Source of the DNA: Myxococcales bacterium
GTDB lineage: Bacteria > Myxococcota_A > Polyangia > Polyangiales > Polyangiaceae
NCBI GenBank assembly: GCA_043747615.1
Contig: JAYTOU010000023.1
Location: forward strand, 32,001-96,000
Direction: 5' to 3'
DNA: 64,000 nt
The notes beneath the pieces are model-generated. The model did no database searches and was not told where the DNA came from. It was given only the letters and a program-made list of their open reading frames with translations. Position numbers and translations under genes: made by a program. This document shows, piece by piece, positions 60,051 to 64,000 of this stretch (position 1 is the first letter of the stretch; each line of letters begins with the position of its first letter).

Positions 60051-60938
60051 ATGGAAGTCCGAACTTTTCGCGCGGCAACGGTGCTCGCGACGCTCCTGGG
60101 TGTGCTCGTTTTCGGAGGTGTCGCCCACGCGGGGAACCCGAAGGCCGATCTCGAGAACGCCGAGCAGCTCTACGCGAACCTGAACTACGAAGAGGCCAAC
60201 AAGCTCGCTGCGGGCGTGAGCAAGCAACATGGGCTCACCCACGACCAGCTCGTGCGCGCCTTTCGCCTCGTGGCGCTGTCCCACGCGGTTCTCGATCGCG
60301 AAGATCCGTCGCGCGACGCCTTCATTCAGCTCCTCACTTATGATCCCGAGTACCAGGCCGACCCGAACCTCGGGCCCCGGGTGACCACGCCGTTCTTCGA
60401 AGCCCGCGGATTTTGGCGCGGTCAGCCGATCAAACCGGGCGTAGAGGCGACGGCCACCGTCAAAGCAAAAGAGGCGGGTACGCTGAAGATCACGGTCCGC
60501 GATCCGACGCATATCGTGAAGAAGGCGAGCGCCGGGTACCGCTGGGGCGGAACGGGGGAGTTCACGGTCAAGCCGGTGCAGCCGGGTGAGGCGGTGCTCT
60601 TGGACATTCCCGAGCCGCCGGGAAACGCGACGCGCTTCGACTATTACGTGCAGGCCCTCGACGACAAAGAGAACGTCGTCCTCGAAGCGGGCACCGCGTT
60701 GTCGCCCAAGACAGTCATCGTCGAAAAACCGGCAGCGGCAGCGGGCCCCGGCGTGGGGGGCGGCGGCAAAGAGAAGACGAAGAGCGTCACTTCCAGCGCC
60801 GCTTTTTGGGGCATCCTCGGCGGCGTCCTCGTTGCGGGCGGCGTCGCAGCCGTGGTGATCGCGACCCGACCCAAGGACGAAGCAACGAACGTATCGCTCT
60901 CGCCCGGCCTCAACTGCGGAGCCATGAAATGCAACTAG
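60051..60938 (+). CDS. Exported TPR-like protein with C-terminal TM anchor
   Basis: AHA signal peptide; helical N-domain; beta-rich domain; C-terminal W-G-rich TM helix. Confidence 0.7.
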   Translation: MEVRTFRAATVLATLLGVLVFGGVAHAGNPKADLENAEQLYANLNYEEANKLAAGVSKQHGLTHDQLVRAFRLVALSHAVLDREDPSRDAFIQLLTYDPEYQADPNLGPRVTTPFFEARGFWRGQPIKPGVEATATVKAKEAGTLKITVRDPTHIVKKASAGYRWGGTGEFTVKPVQPGEAVLLDIPEPPGNATRFDYYVQALDDKENVVLEAGTALSPKTVIVEKPAAAAGPGVGGGGKEKTKSVTSSAAFWGILGGVLVAGGVAAVVIATRPKDEATNVSLSPGLNCGAMKCN

Positions 60939-60943
60939 CTCAC

Positions 60944-61456
60944 ATGCGACGACTCGCGCTCCGCAAGAGAATCAGCACCATCGTCGGTGCTGCGTTCGTT
61001 CTGACCGCGTGCAGCGGCGGCACCACCACTCCTCAGCGGGGAACCATCAGCGTGACGTTTCCATCCGTGCACGCTGCGGTCGCCAGCGACGAAATCGAGC
61101 TTCACGTGTACGACGCGCCCGACCAGAACACCTGCCTCGACCTCGTGCAGAAGCGACGAACAGCGCAGGCGATTCCCTCGGGGCTCATTGACCGCACCCC
61201 CATCCCGACATGCGATTTTCTCGCGGGCAAGGGTGTGCCTCTCGACGTGGGCTACGGCAAGCGGGCCTTCCTGGTCGCCACCCGTCACGCCGGCAAGGAC
61301 ATTCTCGTCGGCTGCACGCTTCAGGGAGTGGGAGACGCGCCGATCGCCGTGGACGTCGAGCTCACCACGATCAACGCGATGACGCTGATCCCCGGAAAAG
61401 ACTCGGACTGCGTGACCCTCTCGATGAAGTGCTCGGGAGCCTGCAAGACGCCTTAG
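60944..61456 (+). CDS. Cys-containing lipoprotein
   Basis: LTAC lipobox; 5 nt after the previous stop. Confidence 0.7.
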   Translation: MRRLALRKRISTIVGAAFVLTACSGGTTTPQRGTISVTFPSVHAAVASDEIELHVYDAPDQNTCLDLVQKRRTAQAIPSGLIDRTPIPTCDFLAGKGVPLDVGYGKRAFLVATRHAGKDILVGCTLQGVGDAPIAVDVELTTINAMTLIPGKDSDCVTLSMKCSGACKTP

Positions 61457-61472
61457 TAAGGCGGCCTAGCCG

Positions 61473-62897
61473 CTATTGAAGGTCGCTCGCCTTGACGCGC
61501 GGAGCGAGTGTCGTGAACTGGCCGTTCTGCACGTTCCAAATGATGTAGTCGCTGACGACGTTGCCCGACTCGTCGAAGTTGCAGTCTCCAGAGGCGCCGT
61601 TGTAGTCGATGTTGTCGCCGTTTCGGATCCCCTCGAGCGCTTCGCCGATCTGGGCTGGCCCCAGCGCTCTCGCGGGCATTGCCGAATTTTTCTTGCCGCG
61701 CGAGACGTCGTAAAGCGCGTCGCGGATCTTGACCGGATTGTCCGTCGAGCCCGCCGCCTGGATGGCCAACGCCGCGAGGACCGCTGCGTCGTAGAAATTC
61801 GCCACGCTCGGACCGAGGTCGTTCGCGCCCGGATCGAGAGGAAACTGGGTGAGATAAAGATTCTTGAATTCGCCGTACTGCGTCGTCTCGGGGTTCGAAT
61901 CCGGATTGGTTCCGAACATTCCTTCGACGATGGTGGGTGAGTTGGGGTTGGTCTTGTCGAGACGCCCGTTCGAGATGAGATCGTTCGTGTAGCTGCCGTC
62001 GGTGCCGATGATGAAGAAGGTCGGCGGCAAGGTGGGCGTTGATTCCTGCCCTTTTTTCAGCTCGCGAATGAAGGCGTCTGCCGTGGGATCGTAAACGATC
62101 ATAGCGAGGCAGTCGGGGTTGGCGGCGACGAGGCCCGCCACCTCCGTGTTGTAGCTCGCCTTCATGTCCGCGGGAACCTTCGCCTCGAAGACGACGCTGC
62201 CGCCGCTCTTGGCCGGAAACTCGACCTTCACCGCGTCGGCGAAGGGCTTGCCGTAGTCGTCGTCGTTGTACACGACCGCCATTCTCTTGCAGCCGGAGCT
62301 GGGCGGACCGCCGTCGGCGCCCATTCCCGAGGCCCCGCCGTCCGCCTGCTTGAACGCGGCGGGGCCGCGCGCTGCGAAGATCGAAAGAGCTCGTGCCTGC
62401 AGCGTGTCCGGCGGCACCGTGCGGAAAAAGTACCGATCCGTCAGGGGCTGAAACGTGGACAACGTGCTCGAGGTCGCGCTGCCGGAGATTTGAATCACCT
62501 TCCGCTTGGCGATGAGGTCTCCGATCGCGATGACTTGACTGCTCCCTACCGGACCGAGAATGGCGGAGACACCCTCGTCGAGGAGAGCTTGCACGTTGGT
62601 CTTGATGACCTTGTCGGTGTCGCTCGCGTCGTCCATGATCTTGAACTCGACGTGCCTCCCGAGGATGCCGCCCGTAGCGTTGATCTGCTGGCTGGCGAGC
62701 TTGATCGCGTTCTGTACGGTCGCTCCGTAGCCTTGCGACGGGCCGGTGAGAGCGATGGTGACGCCGATTTTGATGGGTGCCCCGGTGTCCGGCGCTGCGG
62801 TTACCGGCGTTGCTTTGCACGACATCGCGTTGATGGAGACGATCGCGAGTGCACCCGAAAACAGCGCCACGGCGGAGCTACGACGTAGATTGGTCAT
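61473..62897 (-). CDS. Branched-chain-amino-acid-type periplasmic binding protein (Peripla_BP_6)
   Basis: IKIG...LTG, INATGGILG, FFRTVPPD, DDYG, FYDA, YNGASG..FD..G motifs. Confidence 0.88.
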   Translation of the reverse strand: MTNLRRSSAVALFSGALAIVSINAMSCKATPVTAAPDTGAPIKIGVTIALTGPSQGYGATVQNAIKLASQQINATGGILGRHVEFKIMDDASDTDKVIKTNVQALLDEGVSAILGPVGSSQVIAIGDLIAKRKVIQISGSATSSTLSTFQPLTDRYFFRTVPPDTLQARALSIFAARGPAAFKQADGGASGMGADGGPPSSGCKRMAVVYNDDDYGKPFADAVKVEFPAKSGGSVVFEAKVPADMKASYNTEVAGLVAANPDCLAMIVYDPTADAFIRELKKGQESTPTLPPTFFIIGTDGSYTNDLISNGRLDKTNPNSPTIVEGMFGTNPDSNPETTQYGEFKNLYLTQFPLDPGANDLGPSVANFYDAAVLAALAIQAAGSTDNPVKIRDALYDVSRGKKNSAMPARALGPAQIGEALEGIRNGDNIDYNGASGDCNFDESGNVVSDYIIWNVQNGQFTTLAPRVKASDLQ

Positions 62898-62934
62898 CAC
62901 GCAGCACAGTCTTCCGGAGGTAAGCCCCGACGAT

Positions 62935-64000
62935 TCATTTGAGCCCGAGTTTTTTTGTAACCGTCTCGCCGCTTTTGATCGTGACGGTGAAGCTTTGCTT
63001 GATCCCCTGCTCCGCATTTTCCAGCGTGAGGTTGTGAGTTCCCGGAGGAAGGGCCACGTTGATGATCGGCGTCGTTCCGAGGACCTTGCCGTTTTCGCTG
63101 ACCCTGGTGAACGGGTAGGTGTCGAGCGTGAGGTGACCTTCGTCTCCCGCGGGCGCAACCGGCGGCGCCACCGGTTTGATCGGCGGCGTCGGATGCTTTC
63201 CGCCACCGTTACCCGTGGGCTTCACGCCAGGTGGGTGCGCGACATTAGGATCTGCCGGGACGGCGACGAGGCCAAGGCTCGCAACGGCAGACGGACTCCC
63301 CGAGGGCACCGAAACTGCGCTCGCCGAGGGCGCGGCCGACCCGGAGCCCGCCGTCCGTCCAACGACGTCATCGTCGCTAGGCTTCTTTTTCAGGCCCATC
63401 AGGAGGAGAGCGACCACCGCGCAAGCGAGGAGACCCATCATCACCGTGATGAGCACGACGAGCATCTTGTTGTTATTTTTTTCCGGAAACGGAACGCCGC
63501 CGACCACCCTGCTGCCCGCCGCGGACAGGCTCGAGGCCATCACGCTCGACTGGGAGTGACCAGGGCTGAACGCTGGAACGACGCCGCTGCCGCTGCCGCC
63601 ACCCACGTTGAGTTGGAGGAGGCTGCCGCCGTTGGTGGCCATGCTGCGTTGCTTCGAGCCGTCGACGTTGAGCGCCGCGAGCTCCACGGTATTTCCGGCC
63701 GCGGAGAGCGTCGCCATGTGCGTCTGGATCTGGCGCTGCACTTCTTCGCGAACCTTGGCGAACATCGTCGTCATGCGACGCCCGACTTCGTCCTGGCGAA
63801 ACTTGTCGCCCGTCGCACGGATGAACGTGTCGAGGGCGTCGCGCATCTCCTGCGCCGTTTGGAATCGGTACTGGGGATCCTTCTCGAGCGCACGACCGAC
63901 GATCGCGTCGAGCTCGGGATCCACGTCTTCGCGAAGCGTGGAGACCGATGGAATAGGGGCATTTAAAAGGCGATTGAGCGTGCTCGCTGCGGAGTCCCCC
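62935..64000 (-). CDS. Ser/Thr kinase C-terminal part with TM and PEGA domain (5'-truncated)
   Basis: ELDAIV.RALEKDP..RFQTA subdomain XI; TM; LGTTP...LPPGTH.L.L PEGA motif. Confidence 0.85.
   Translation of the reverse strand, partial: GDSAASTLNRLLNAPIPSVSTLREDVDPELDAIVGRALEKDPQYRFQTAQEMRDALDTFIRATGDKFRQDEVGRRMTTMFAKVREEVQRQIQTHMATLSAAGNTVELAALNVDGSKQRSMATNGGSLLQLNVGGGSGSGVVPAFSPGHSQSSVMASSLSAAGSRVVGGVPFPEKNNNKMLVVLITVMMGLLACAVVALLLMGLKKKPSDDDVVGRTAGSGSAAPSASAVSVPSGSPSAVASLGLVAVPADPNVAHPPGVKPTGNGGGKHPTPPIKPVAPPVAPAGDEGHLTLDTYPFTRVSENGKVLGTTPIINVALPPGTHNLTLENAEQGIKQSFTVTIKSGETVTKKLGLK

Overview
High-GC, gene-dense chromosomal window. Gene content points to a myxobacterium, probably Polyangiaceae/Labilithrix-like: MYXO-CTERM proteins, a TIGR04551-like beta-barrel, GltJ/AgmX-like protein, three Hanks kinases and PEGA proteins. 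About 52 CDS are supportable. Housekeeping genes include polA, ihfA, queA, tgt, dprA, topA, greB, def, psd, fabH-like, ddl, dCMP deaminase, glgX and malQ. These are interleaved with lineage-specific envelope, lipoprotein and signalling genes. I found no rRNA, tRNA, CRISPR array, transposase/integrase, prophage or reverse transcriptase, and no self-contained novel system is demonstrable from the sequence alone. The best leads are: (i) a recurrent TA dinucleotide 12-13 nt before about 10 start codons, suggesting pervasive leaderless transcription, with leaderless micro-ORFs overlapping the ihfA and receiver-gene starts; (ii) three sigma54-type promoters, one ahead of a receiver-queA-tgt-MshEN/REC/TPR gene run; (iii) a Y-shaped nested palindrome between the S1 protease and polA; (iv) unusual exported cofactor proteins (lipoprotein truncated globin, CX6CH cytochrome next to a beta-barrel, Cys-less cupredoxin); (v) a gliadin-like Q/P/F lipoprotein with a possible upstream pseudoknot; (vi) degenerate active sites and small gene relics. 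All family assignments come from motif recognition by eye, not database searches. Several start codons were adjusted from the ORF track.
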